DNA of 36,558 nt from a virus (Duplodnaviria > Caudoviricetes): positions 1 to 36,558 of the IMG/VR virus record IMGVR_UViG_3300032257_000058, one strand, 5' to 3'. The translations under genes and the position numbers were made by a program. The notes under the pieces were generated by a model, which saw nothing but the letters and a program-made list of their open reading frames with translations, did not search any database and was not told the origin of the DNA. Below, one piece after another: positions 9,183-18,615 of this stretch (its first letter is position 1; each line of letters opens with the position of its first letter).

Positions 9183-12171
9183 AACTACAATTGAAGAATT
9201 GATCGTCGAGCTCGGCGGCGATGTCACCAATCTTGATAAATCGTTTAAGCAAGCAGAAAAAGAACTAGACAAGGCAGAGAAAAAACTATCGAAGGCAGGT
9301 GGAAGGCTTACTAAAAATGTAACGGCGCCAATTCTAGGTATAGGTGCAGCGTTTGGAAAAATTGGCGATGACTTTGATAAGGCCGCTAACATTATCCAAG
9401 TTGGCACAGGAAAAACCGGAAAAGAGCTTGATAATCTTGTCAATAGTTTTGATTCAGTTATTCAGACCGTACCTGATAGTGTGGACGTGGTAGCGAAATC
9501 ATTTACCAGCTTAAACGCGCTGACAGGTGCAACTGGCGAGATATTAGAAGAGCTGACTACCAGTGTGGTAGACGTGTCTCGAATCTTGGGTGAAGATGCT
9601 GTCGATAACGCAAGTGCATTTGGAAAAACGCTTAAGCAGTGGAAGAAACCAGCATCAGACGGTGTTGAGTTGATGGATGATTTATTCAAAATTACGCAAG
9701 ACTACGACGTTGGGTTGGGAGATTTAATTCGACGATTAAACACATACGGTTCTGTGTTGCAAAATGCTGGGTTTTCTGCGCGTGAAACGGCAGTGCTTAT
9801 GGGACGCATGAACGCTGCTGGCCTCGATTGGTCTCGGATTTCTCCGGGATTAAATAAAGCATTTCGAGATATGGCCAGTCGTGGCGAAGACATGCGAGCT
9901 GGATTCTCAGATGCGATTGATTCAATTAAGGGGGCGGCAAACCAAACAGAGGCGCTAGATGTTGCAACAAAAATATTTGGTGCCGAAGGCGCTCAGCGCT
10001 TAACAACAGCAATTCGCAGCAATATTTTATCTCTTGACGGCCTAACACAATCACTCGGTGATAACAAAAACCTTGTAAGCAAAACAACCGCAGAAACGCG
10101 AGATTTTGGCGACGAGCTAGGAATACTCAAAAACCAAGTTTATGCAGCGGTAAGCCCACTTGCACTGGATCTAATCGATACACTCAAATCGTTAAAGCCC
10201 CAATTCATGGGTATGGTTGATAGCTTAAAAGAAGGCGTAACCTGGTTTAAGAATTTATCACCCGAAGCGAGAGAGCTCGCAGTTCAAGCTGCTGTGGCAG
10301 CTGCTGCGATTGGCCCTCTAGTTGTTGGCCTGGGTTTTCTCGTCGGCTCGATTTCAACGACCGTTTCTGCTGTTGGCTCATTCACAAGCCTGTTATTAAA
10401 AACTGGGCCTTGGGGAATTGGGTTAACTACTGCCGGACTTCTCATAGGCTTTATAGTTGATCATCTTGGCGGCTGGGATGCCGCAATGGAAAAATCAAAA
10501 CAGGTAATATTTGATTTAAAAAACAAAGTTACTGAAACATGGAATAGCATTAAAAATTCAACCGGCCTGCTCGCAACATCTGCGGTTATTGCCATGGAGG
10601 GTATTGCCGCCGTTGCTAATGCGTTCACATCCGCTGCGAGTGCTGCCAGTTTTGCGTCACAAGGCGAGTTTAAAAAAGCATGGAAAGCGCTTGAAGACGG
10701 CGGGGAGAAAATAAAGGGTAATTTCGCGTCTGTCGCCGATGCGGTTGCCAATTCTTTTAGTAGCGCAAACGCGAGCGTCATCACAACCAGCAATACCGCC
10801 AAAACAACTGCAAAGCGATCATCGCTATCAACTGAAGCGGCATGGAACTTATACTACAGAAACTTACAAATAAACAACGAAGCAACCACTAGAAAACTAG
10901 AGACTGACTGGACAGCGCACAATAATAAAATCATACAATCGGCTGAAGGTGCAAACAAGGATTTATCGAAAGGATGGGAAGAGTATAACAAAAACAAGAC
11001 CATCAATAGCAATGCCGAAATTAAAGAAATTGAAAAAGGTTGGGAATTATTTCGAGAAAACTTTGAAATAAATAATCAAGCTATAAACGATATCGAGATT
11101 GCAGTTAAGATTAATAATTTTGACGTTAAGCACGTTCAGAAAGAGCTCATGGAGCTATGGACGGTTAACTATAATGATTTAGCTATTAGGACATTCAGTA
11201 ATGTCGAGCTCGCATTTGAAAAATCAATCGCTAATATGCTCAAAGATGGAACTTCACTAAAAAGCGCCCTTAAAGGAGTATGGACTAGCATAAAAAATTC
11301 GGCTATCGATGCACTGGCAGAAGTTGTTGCGAGTAGCGCGTTTCAATCGGTGTTCGGTGGTGCCGGAGGAGCGTCAACCATTGCCGCATTTGCTGGAACA
11401 CTGTCACCATTAGCCGCAGGCGGAATACTCGCAGGTGGTGCTCTCCTTAGTGGTATTCTCGGTGATAATAAAGAGTTTGAGGAGCGAATCGAAAAAATCA
11501 AAGCCTCAGTAAAAAATGTTACCGACGAAGCAGCCCGATTCAATGACGTAGTATCAAAAAAAGAAAATTTACTTGGTCAAACATTCTTAAACGATGATTT
11601 AGTCAGACGATACAATGCAAATGTTCTCGAATCCTTGCTGGGCACCAATGACGCATTAGTCGAAAATGCAAAATTGGCGGCGCCAACGGTCGATTTCACT
11701 GGGGCGACATCAGACATTCTAAAGACCAGTGACGCCAATCTATTTATCACTAAATCAGATTTAACGGGCACGAGAGCAAGCCAAGGTTCAGCTGAATCAA
11801 TATTTAGCACCATGCTAAACACGCTTTCATCAGCATACAATGATTTTCTTGTTGGTGATATTACAGCTGATCAATTGAAACGATTTAAACCTTTGCAAGC
11901 TATCACAACAGCATACGCAAGTAAGCTTGGTGGAGGTGGCGCACCTATTCCGCAGTTTGCCAACGGCGCAATTGTCACGGCCCCTACCATTGGTATGATT
12001 GGAGAGGGGGGTGAAAGTGAAGCAATCATTCCCTTGTCAAAATTACCACAAATGATGAACGGTCAAGGTGGAGAGCAGACGATTATTGTGAATCTGGATG
12101 GCCAACGACTATCAAAATCAATCGTGCGTAACTTTCCAAGTATTTTGCGCATGCAGGGCGTTGCGGCTTAA
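9175..12171 (+). CDS. Tail tape measure protein
   Basis: 998 aa, Ala/Gly-rich helical sequence with a central hydrophobic segment and spaced Trp; C-terminal FANGAIVTAPT..MIGEGG.SEAIIPL motif. Confidence 0.93.
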   Translation: MGKTTIEELIVELGGDVTNLDKSFKQAEKELDKAEKKLSKAGGRLTKNVTAPILGIGAAFGKIGDDFDKAANIIQVGTGKTGKELDNLVNSFDSVIQTVPDSVDVVAKSFTSLNALTGATGEILEELTTSVVDVSRILGEDAVDNASAFGKTLKQWKKPASDGVELMDDLFKITQDYDVGLGDLIRRLNTYGSVLQNAGFSARETAVLMGRMNAAGLDWSRISPGLNKAFRDMASRGEDMRAGFSDAIDSIKGAANQTEALDVATKIFGAEGAQRLTTAIRSNILSLDGLTQSLGDNKNLVSKTTAETRDFGDELGILKNQVYAAVSPLALDLIDTLKSLKPQFMGMVDSLKEGVTWFKNLSPEARELAVQAAVAAAAIGPLVVGLGFLVGSISTTVSAVGSFTSLLLKTGPWGIGLTTAGLLIGFIVDHLGGWDAAMEKSKQVIFDLKNKVTETWNSIKNSTGLLATSAVIAMEGIAAVANAFTSAASAASFASQGEFKKAWKALEDGGEKIKGNFASVADAVANSFSSANASVITTSNTAKTTAKRSSLSTEAAWNLYYRNLQINNEATTRKLETDWTAHNNKIIQSAEGANKDLSKGWEEYNKNKTINSNAEIKEIEKGWELFRENFEINNQAINDIEIAVKINNFDVKHVQKELMELWTVNYNDLAIRTFSNVELAFEKSIANMLKDGTSLKSALKGVWTSIKNSAIDALAEVVASSAFQSVFGGAGGASTIAAFAGTLSPLAAGGILAGGALLSGILGDNKEFEERIEKIKASVKNVTDEAARFNDVVSKKENLLGQTFLNDDLVRRYNANVLESLLGTNDALVENAKLAAPTVDFTGATSDILKTSDANLFITKSDLTGTRASQGSAESIFSTMLNTLSSAYNDFLVGDITADQLKRFKPLQAITTAYASKLGGGGAPIPQFANGAIVTAPTIGMIGEGGESEAIIPLSKLPQMMNGQGGEQTIIVNLDGQRLSKSIVRNFPSILRMQGVAA

Positions 12172-13589
12172 TGACGCTCGTCGTTAAAGTCAATGCGGTA
12201 GTTAAAACTGGTAATTTACTGGAAAACAGCTTATCAATCGAGGATCAGTTAAACGCAATTCGCACAGCTTCATTTATGATGGTTGAAAAAGTTTCAGTTA
12301 GTACCGGGCTTATATCCTCGGGCGATGAAATTGTAATTGAAAATAACGGCTCTCGGATATTTGGCGGGTCAGTAAAAATTGTATCAGAGGAACAGCCGTT
12401 TAATGCAGATGTTTTCTATTATCAAGTCGAAGCTTATTGTTTCGGCAGTTACCTTAATAATCATATTGTCTCAGAAGTTTATGAAGAGCAACTGGCCGGA
12501 GATATCCTAAAAGATATCATTGATAATTATTTTTCTGGTGAGGGATTCACATATACTGCCGTCGAAGATGGGCCAACAATTAACAAAGCTGTTTTTAATT
12601 ATGTAACTGCAAAACAAGCGTTTAATGAAGTGTCAGAGCTCACCGGATATGATTATTATATCGATTGCAATAAAGATGTTCATTTCTTCGCAAGAGAAAC
12701 TAACACAGCCCCATTTAACATTACCGATGCGCAGAGAAACTGCAAAGAACTTCGCGTTACTGATACCCATGAAAATTATAGAAACGTGCAATACTTGCGA
12801 GCTGGTTACGATATTACAGACAACCAAACTGAATTGTTTGCTGGGGACGGCAAAAGAATCACGTTTGCTTTAGTTTACCCCGTAGCAGAAGCGCCCACTA
12901 TTACCGTTGATGCATCGAGTAAAACGGTTGGTATTCTGGGCATCGATACAGGTAAAAACTTTTACTGGAATAAGAATGATAAATCAATTACGCAAGACTC
13001 AGGTGATACGGTACTTACATCGAGTAATGAGCTAAGCGTTACATACAAAGGATTATTTCCCATTGTCATCGCGGCAGAAGATACCGAAGAAATTGCCGCT
13101 CGTGATGCAGCAGAAAGTGGGCACGGTCGTTATGAATCTATTGTCGACGACCCTAATATAGATCAACTCGATTTTGCTATCGAAAAGGCGAACGGGTTAT
13201 TAAGACGCTTCGGGAGTATAGCGCGGCACATAGACTTCGCGACTGATGTCGACGGCTTATCATCAGGGCAGTTAATAACAATTAATTTGACGGCTCACGG
13301 CATTAATGATTCATTCCTTATTGATTCTGTTAGCACGCTCGATGAAGCTGGCGTTGGCTTACGACATCAAGTTAGGGCGTTAAGCGGGGAATCATTCGGC
13401 GGCTGGGCTGACTTTTTTCACAAACTGGCCGGAGCTGGCAGAAAATTTGTTATACGAGAAAATGAAGTACTGGTAAAAATGAGATCCATAACAGACACGT
13501 TGTCGTTTACTGATTCGCTAGAATACTCAAGCGCTTCTCCTGATTGCGATGTCAGCACGGCGGAAGTGGGATATGCAGAAGTATGCTAG
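12171..13589 (+). CDS. Tail tip / baseplate hub-like minor tail protein
   Basis: Directly follows TMP; hub-like motifs (RIFGG.V, AGDILKDII, YYID.NKDVHFF). Confidence 0.7.
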   Translation: MTLVVKVNAVVKTGNLLENSLSIEDQLNAIRTASFMMVEKVSVSTGLISSGDEIVIENNGSRIFGGSVKIVSEEQPFNADVFYYQVEAYCFGSYLNNHIVSEVYEEQLAGDILKDIIDNYFSGEGFTYTAVEDGPTINKAVFNYVTAKQAFNEVSELTGYDYYIDCNKDVHFFARETNTAPFNITDAQRNCKELRVTDTHENYRNVQYLRAGYDITDNQTELFAGDGKRITFALVYPVAEAPTITVDASSKTVGILGIDTGKNFYWNKNDKSITQDSGDTVLTSSNELSVTYKGLFPIVIAAEDTEEIAARDAAESGHGRYESIVDDPNIDQLDFAIEKANGLLRRFGSIARHIDFATDVDGLSSGQLITINLTAHGINDSFLIDSVSTLDEAGVGLRHQVRALSGESFGGWADFFHKLAGAGRKFVIRENEVLVKMRSITDTLSFTDSLEYSSASPDCDVSTAEVGYAEVC

Positions 13590-14056
13590 ATAACACAAAA
13601 ATACGGCTAAAATCTCAGATCGAGCTTGATGCAAATGTAGAAATACAAATAATTGATGTTGTATCCAAAGATATAATTAAAACAATTTATCGTCATAATT
13701 TAGTAGTCATTGCTGGCAGAAATCTAGCGCGTGATTTACTCAATGAGGTGCCGGCAACGGGCGTTACTCACTTTGCAGTTGGAACGGGAGTAACGGCAGT
13801 TGATCCAGGTGACACCACATTAGGTACAGAAATATTTCGAGGCTCAATAACTAAAAGAACCTCACCTAGTGCGGCGGTGATTTGGTCTTATTATTTATCA
13901 AGCACACAAGGTAATGGGAGTAGCTTAACTGAGGCGGGGTTGTTTAACGCTTCCTCAGGCGGGACGCTGTTCGCTCGCGTGGTGCACGCGGCCATTACCA
14001 AAACCAGCTCTTTAGCAGTATCTTACAACTGGACTTTAAATATAGGGGCTTCGTAG
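13583..14056 (+). CDS. Minor tail / fibre-attachment protein
   Basis: NLVV.AGRN, HFAVGTG...DTTLGTE and LTEAGLFN....LFAR motifs. ATG 13583 overlapping the upstream stop is preferred to 13544. Confidence 0.7.
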   Translation: MLDNTKIRLKSQIELDANVEIQIIDVVSKDIIKTIYRHNLVVIAGRNLARDLLNEVPATGVTHFAVGTGVTAVDPGDTTLGTEIFRGSITKRTSPSAAVIWSYYLSSTQGNGSSLTEAGLFNASSGGTLFARVVHAAITKTSSLAVSYNWTLNIGAS

Positions 14057-14890
14057 GTGGCAAATAAAGTATTTCCAAGCGTTAATGACGTCTACGGTAG
14101 CGGTAGTGCGGGTGATGGCAAAAATCTTTCAGAATCTAATATTACTGATGTCATCAAAACATTAACAAGCGACAAAAATTTTGTACACTCAGGTTTTCAA
14201 GTCCCAGCAACCGACCCAGACCTTACTATCGAAGTTTTGGGTGGTCAAGCTGTAATCAATGGTTATTGGGTAACTGTTGGCTTACCCGAAAATATTACGT
14301 TAACAGCTAGCTCCACAAATTATGTTTATTTAAAATTAACGAAAGATGGTTCGGGCAATGTCACTGCTGCTTCCTATGAAGATAACACCACAGGAACACC
14401 GCCTGCTGATTCTGTCTTAGTATTTACCGCTGAGACGAGCGCAAGCGCGATCACAAGCACGTCAAGCGATTTATCTCCGGGTCTCAATTACGGTGGCGTG
14501 TGGACGCCTGAGCTTAGCGATGCAAGCGTGAGCGTCACATCAGCAGGGCAAACGTACTCAAGCCAATCTGGGATCTGGTATGCTACCGGTGACTTGATTT
14601 ATGCATCCTGTTATCTTGCAATGTCCTCTATCGGCACGCTCTCCGGAAACGCCTATATCCACAATCTCCCCTTTAAGCACATGAGCAACGTTGCTACGCC
14701 TGTTGGAATTATACTTCCAACGAACATATCAGTGACGGCTGGAACTGCATTAGCAGCCGGGATGGCGTCCAATAGTGATGTCATAATTTTATATGCATTA
14801 GATTCGGCGTCGGGGAAAAGCAATCTAACTTGCGCAGAAATAACCGGTTCTGGAATTTTAAATTTTCATTTTCAGTACCGAAAAGCCTAA
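14057..14890 (+). CDS. Putative tail fibre / receptor-binding protein
   Basis: N-terminal G.AVING and NYVYL anchor motifs; C-terminal GVWTP...LPF head-domain-like region. Confidence 0.65.
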   Translation: MANKVFPSVNDVYGSGSAGDGKNLSESNITDVIKTLTSDKNFVHSGFQVPATDPDLTIEVLGGQAVINGYWVTVGLPENITLTASSTNYVYLKLTKDGSGNVTAASYEDNTTGTPPADSVLVFTAETSASAITSTSSDLSPGLNYGGVWTPELSDASVSVTSAGQTYSSQSGIWYATGDLIYASCYLAMSSIGTLSGNAYIHNLPFKHMSNVATPVGIILPTNISVTAGTALAAGMASNSDVIILYALDSASGKSNLTCAEITGSGILNFHFQYRKA

Positions 14891-15011
14891 CTTAAAACAC
14901 ACATAAACAACTACAGAAAACAGCAATGAACATATTTAATAAGGTCCCATACAACAAAGGACCATACCAGGGGCGGGAATCGGATCAACAAAACCAGCGA
15001 GTGAATTATGA

Positions 15012-15386
15012 ATGCAGGAAGCAAACAATTATGTAGGGGTTATTGTTGGCCTAATAACAATAATTGGATTATTGATCAGAGCAGGGTGGCTAATGTTTAA
15101 AAACTTGCTAAATAAGATGGTTATTGGAGAGGTCCAGGCAGAATTAAAACCAATTCATGGATTTGTAGAGAAAATAGGGACCGAGGTTGGAAAGCTATCT
15201 CAGCAGGTCCGGGACCATGAAAAGCGGGTCATTACGGACCACCCCACAATTCCCCAGATGAACTCGAAATTTGATGAGGTTAAATCATTACTAACCGACA
15301 TTCAGCATGAAATTTCCGAAGAAAAGAACCAAACAATTCAAGATTTAAAGTTAGAAAATAGACGATTAAAGGATAAATTAACATGA
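15012..15386 (+). CDS. Membrane-anchored coiled-coil protein (lysis position; holin/spanin-like candidate)
   Basis: One N-terminal TM helix followed by a coiled coil. Confidence 0.5.
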   Translation: MQEANNYVGVIVGLITIIGLLIRAGWLMFKNLLNKMVIGEVQAELKPIHGFVEKIGTEVGKLSQQVRDHEKRVITDHPTIPQMNSKFDEVKSLLTDIQHEISEEKNQTIQDLKLENRRLKDKLT

Positions 15387-15778
15387 AATACATCATATCA
15401 GCTGTGCTACTACTAGCAGTAAGTTTTAATTCGTATGCGTTAAATTGTGAGTTAACGTGGGATATGAATCCGCCAGAAGAATTGACACACTCATATAATA
15501 TATACGAAGTGGTCTATGAAAATTTGCCGTTACTAGTCGATGTCAAAGAAAGAAAATTAGTTGCGACTGTTGAAGCGCCGCAGCTCCGTTACGATTTCTT
15601 ATGTGATTTCAAGCATTATGCGATTTCGTCCGTGAACGCATTGAACGAATCTCCGACAACAGCTTCGCTTAGACTAGACCCGGCATCGATAACACCCGAC
15701 GATGTTGTCGAGCCTACTGCGCCATCTGGGTATAATATTAGTATCATCAACAACGGCATATTGAATATTAACTTATGA
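15383..15778 (+). CDS. Secreted protein with FN3-like domain
   Basis: Signal peptide MKYIISAVLLLAVSFNSYA; LTWD.N....SYNIY and YAISSVN...ES pattern. Confidence 0.55.
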   Translation: MKYIISAVLLLAVSFNSYALNCELTWDMNPPEELTHSYNIYEVVYENLPLLVDVKERKLVATVEAPQLRYDFLCDFKHYAISSVNALNESPTTASLRLDPASITPDDVVEPTAPSGYNISIINNGILNINL

Positions 15779-16029
15779 AAATAAACAACAACGAAAAATT
15801 AGTAAATTGGGTCGATAGGTTTCGGTATAGTGTCCATTCCGGAATCATCGGTGCGTGTACCTCGTTCTTAGCAGTCCTGGGTAATCAGCTGGCCGAAGGC
15901 GGGAAAGTTGAAGTAAGCGAAGCTGTGATCGTCTCAACAATAGTTGTATTTTTAGTACACTACTCAAAAGAATCAAAGAGCTTCATCCAAGAAAAAATAG
16001 ATTTGGCTAAAAAAAGGGTTGATTCTTGA
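15775..16029 (+). CDS. Holin-like small membrane protein
   Basis: 84 aa, two hydrophobic segments and a charged C-terminus. Confidence 0.5.
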   Translation: MKINNNEKLVNWVDRFRYSVHSGIIGACTSFLAVLGNQLAEGGKVEVSEAVIVSTIVVFLVHYSKESKSFIQEKIDLAKKRVDS

Positions 16030-16171
16030 TAGTTTCTATTGCTGCTTGTTTTTTCAGTTTTTTAAACTGCTGGATACAATAATCGTCAATCTCCCAAGTG
16101 TAGCTATGGCCTGACTCCGCTTGGTCAGACCAAGTTGTTACAGTTGCATGAATATAAAAATCCGCGGCCAC
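16007..16171 (-). CDS. Hypothetical 54-aa protein (below ORF-track cut-off)
   Basis: GTG start after AAGGAG; MAADFYIHATVTTWSDQ...QPFF*; overlaps the end of the convergent late gene. Confidence 0.55.
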   Translation of the reverse strand: MAADFYIHATVTTWSDQAESGHSYTWEIDDYCIQQFKKLKKQAAIETIKNQPFF

Positions 16172-16180
16172 AATTACTCC

Positions 16181-16474
16181 TTATAGTGTGTTAAAATATT
16201 TTACCAATTCCTTAGCCTCTATTTCAGCAGATTCGATTTCGTCTTTTGTCCACTTTCCCAGATCTATAATACTGATTTCTGAAACTTGCGACGCGGAATC
16301 GTCATTGATCAGCCACTTAAAATAATTGCCCAAAATAATTTTGTTTGGAAATGCGTCTCGACAAAAAGTGACAATTTCATTTGGGTTATCTGTATTAGTC
16401 ATGTCCGTTATTTCTGCAATCACTTCAGATTTAGATATACCAGTGATAACACCTTCAAATTCCTGGAGTAACAT
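16181..16474 (-). CDS. Hypothetical protein
   Basis: GGAG RBS; tightly packed leftward cluster. Confidence 0.65.
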   Translation of the reverse strand: MLLQEFEGVITGISKSEVIAEITDMTNTDNPNEIVTFCRDAFPNKIILGNYFKWLINDDSASQVSEISIIDLGKWTKDEIESAEIEAKELVKYFNTL

Positions 16475-16714
16475 CTATTCTCCTTCGATTATTGCGTCCA
16501 AATACGCATACCACGCCGTTATAAAATCCGTAGTATCTTCTCCATATAGATACAGAGCATTGTTGTAACAATCAAGTTCGCCGTTCCATGTCGAGCTTTT
16601 CATGACTACTGTAATATCATCCTCGTAACCGTCCCGAGGGTCTTTCGCAATGTGTTGCACATCTTTCAATGGTATTATATATTGAGATCCTTCGAATACA
16701 TGTGGCGATGCCAT
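16475..16714 (-). CDS. Hypothetical acidic protein
   Basis: AAGGA RBS; abuts the next gene. Confidence 0.65.
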   Translation of the reverse strand: MASPHVFEGSQYIIPLKDVQHIAKDPRDGYEDDITVVMKSSTWNGELDCYNNALYLYGEDTTDFITAWYAYLDAIIEGE

Positions 16715-16733
16715 TGTTTAAATTCCTTTGGTG

Positions 16734-16922
16734 TTAGAGTATTATTTCGTAGCCGCAGTTAGGGCAATTTATTAAAGTATAAATATCAGAGCAACCTGAG
16801 TAATCTATCCCAATCTCAGATCTAGTGTCAGCTGGCGTATACTCTAAAGTCACGCCACAATTTCTACACACCGCTCTTTTAACAACTTCCGGTTCTGGCG
16901 TTTCATCGATTATTTTAATCAT
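16734..16922 (-). CDS. Zinc-ribbon protein
   Basis: CRNC and CPNC pairs. Confidence 0.7.
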   Translation of the reverse strand: MIKIIDETPEPEVVKRAVCRNCGVTLEYTPADTRSEIGIDYSGCSDIYTLINCPNCGYEIIL

Positions 16923-17076
16923 ACCTTCTTACCTCGTTACCGAGAGCTATTAGGAAAAAACCCAACGCAGTGGCCCAGCCAGTCTCTATAAATACAAAGT
17001 ACAAAAGAATTGCGGTCAGTGTTTGCTTCGTCGCAGTGTGATATATTGCAGGTATTCTATTGATTATTTTAATCAT
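16908..17076. repeat. 15-bp direct repeat GATTATTTTAATCAT at 16908-16922 and 17062-17076
   Basis: Exact copies; on the minus strand ATGATTAAAATAATC contains a start codon and the upstream gene's stop. Confidence 0.85.
16915..17076 (-). CDS. Hypothetical 53-aa membrane protein (below ORF-track cut-off)
   Basis: MIKIINRIPAIYHTATKQTLTAILLYFVFIETGWATALGFFLIALGNEVRRYD*; start and stop both overlap the neighbouring genes. Confidence 0.6.
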   Translation of the reverse strand: MIKIINRIPAIYHTATKQTLTAILLYFVFIETGWATALGFFLIALGNEVRRYD

Positions 17077-17503
17077 CTAGTTTCTCAACATGGCAGACAG
17101 ATGATGGATGCATCCAGTATTTACCATCACTTTCTTTTGTAAACTTAAAATTACTATCAACCCAGAAACCATTCTGTATATCACTCACTGTGATGTTGAA
17201 TATTTCAATATATTCGTCATTAAAATAGATGACACATTTGTATTTTGATGTACCGTCCAACTTATTTTCAGCCAACATCTCTGCGAACAGTTCTGCATTT
17301 TCAGCTGCCCAGAAAACACCTAGTCTTTCTATAACTTTACTTGTGGGGATGATAGAAACAACAAAGCCGCCATCTCTGATGTTGAAATTTTTTCCCCTGT
17401 AAATCATGATGCATTCTTCACCTGCCAAGCCGGGATTATCTTGTTCGGGTATTTCATCCCATGTCTTATCTAAAAATTTAACTATTTTCATTGTCTCATC
17501 CAT
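17069..17503 (-). CDS. Hypothetical protein
   Basis: ORF in the packed leftward cluster. Confidence 0.6.
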   Translation of the reverse strand: MDETMKIVKFLDKTWDEIPEQDNPGLAGEECIMIYRGKNFNIRDGGFVVSIIPTSKVIERLGVFWAAENAELFAEMLAENKLDGTSKYKCVIYFNDEYIEIFNITVSDIQNGFWVDSNFKFTKESDGKYWMHPSSVCHVEKLDD

Positions 17504-17508
17504 AAGTT

Positions 17509-17691
17509 TTATACTTTAAATCGGGACATATCACATCCGTGAAGAGTAAATTCCAGAATTATTTCTTCAGTTGTGTATCGTTTGAAAACTGCAATCTCAT
17601 CTTCAGTAATAGGCTCATCGTGCGATAATTCTATAGTCCCGTTTTCTGTTTCTACTTTGGTTTTGTATTTTGAGCAGATGTTGTCACTCAT
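17509..17691 (-). CDS. Hypothetical protein
   Basis: GAGGA RBS. Confidence 0.6.
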   Translation of the reverse strand: MSDNICSKYKTKVETENGTIELSHDEPITEDEIAVFKRYTTEEIILEFTLHGCDMSRFKV

Positions 17692-17695
17692 TGTC

Positions 17696-18052
17696 TTATC
17701 CTCGACTTGTTTTTACGACAGGATCGTCTTCTAGTATCGGCCTCCAGTGTGTAATATTTTCGGGGTAAAAGTATTCATAGTCATACCCATTATGGAATTC
17801 GCATCGCCAGCGTTTTTCATCAATTAAATATTCTGCTGAATCACATGTTTCATGAAATTGTAACGTAGGAAATATACGAACATGGTTGCAATTTTCGGGC
17901 AATCTATCTTCAACGCTAATCCATTCATGCTTTTCCAGTTCTGCCAAAGCCTCTTTTAATAAGACTGGACTTTCACATGCTTTAACGTGCGGTGCCATTT
18001 GTTGTAAGTGTGATTTGATACGGTTGATTAAATCCATTGTCTTATCCTGCAT
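17696..18052 (-). CDS. DUF551-like (Eaa/Ead-type) phage protein
   Basis: WISVEDRLPE ... ITHWRPI signature. Confidence 0.75.
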   Translation of the reverse strand: MQDKTMDLINRIKSHLQQMAPHVKACESPVLLKEALAELEKHEWISVEDRLPENCNHVRIFPTLQFHETCDSAEYLIDEKRWRCEFHNGYDYEYFYPENITHWRPILEDDPVVKTSRG

Positions 18053-18335
18053 AGCTGTCGTACTTTTCAGTCGTTACATCCGCCCCGCGTACTCTCTCAG
18101 CCAACGTTTGTTTGGGCACGTCAGTTCCTGAAAATAAGTCCTCGGCTTTTTTTGGAATATAATTTCTAAACTCATCTTTAAACGCCCATATTGCGTCTAG
18201 AGGATATTTATTAAAAACATAAAGTCCATCTTGTATATTTTCACCAATACCAACGCACCACATATTGCCGTCCATTTTCAACTCTGCATTTATCTTGAAG
18301 CCGTCATTGCCAAAATCTATTACAATATTGCTCAT
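18042..18335 (-). CDS. Hypothetical phage protein
   Basis: DGNMWC...GENIQDG motif seen in small phage proteins; AGGAG RBS. Confidence 0.6.
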   Translation of the reverse strand: MSNIVIDFGNDGFKINAELKMDGNMWCVGIGENIQDGLYVFNKYPLDAIWAFKDEFRNYIPKKAEDLFSGTDVPKQTLAERVRGADVTTEKYDSYAG

Positions 18336-18393
18336 GCCAAAGCGCTCCTATATAGTTTTACGGGTTTACATGACAATAAACTTGCGTTGTTAA

Positions 18394-18576
18394 TTAGAAT
18401 GGGCATTTCCAAAAATCCCAAACCCACGCGCCGATTTCCTCTTCCCACCAAATATTTTCACCACGCTTGTCAAGTAATCGCCTACGCTTAGAATTTCGAA
18501 CAACTCTATACTTCCCATTTTCAATTGCTCTCAACCTATTGTGTAGCGGGGTAACCACTATGTCCTTATCGTTCAT
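18394..18576 (-). CDS. Hypothetical protein
   Basis: AAGGA RBS, downstream of the structured RNA. Confidence 0.5.
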   Translation of the reverse strand: MNDKDIVVTPLHNRLRAIENGKYRVVRNSKRRRLLDKRGENIWWEEEIGAWVWDFWKCPF

Positions 18577-18615
18577 GTTTGATTTATTCCTTACTTGGTT
18601 GAGTTATTTAATAGT

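Noticed and set aside
14926-15036. 36-aa ORF MNIFNKVPYNKGPYQG…
   Set aside because: No clear RBS and it overlaps the next gene; the FN..PYN motif hints at a tail-gene remnant but is too short to support.
16872-16884. boxA-like CGCTCTTTTAACA
   Set aside because: It lies antisense within a minus-strand coding sequence, has an extra T and no adjacent boxB; probably chance.
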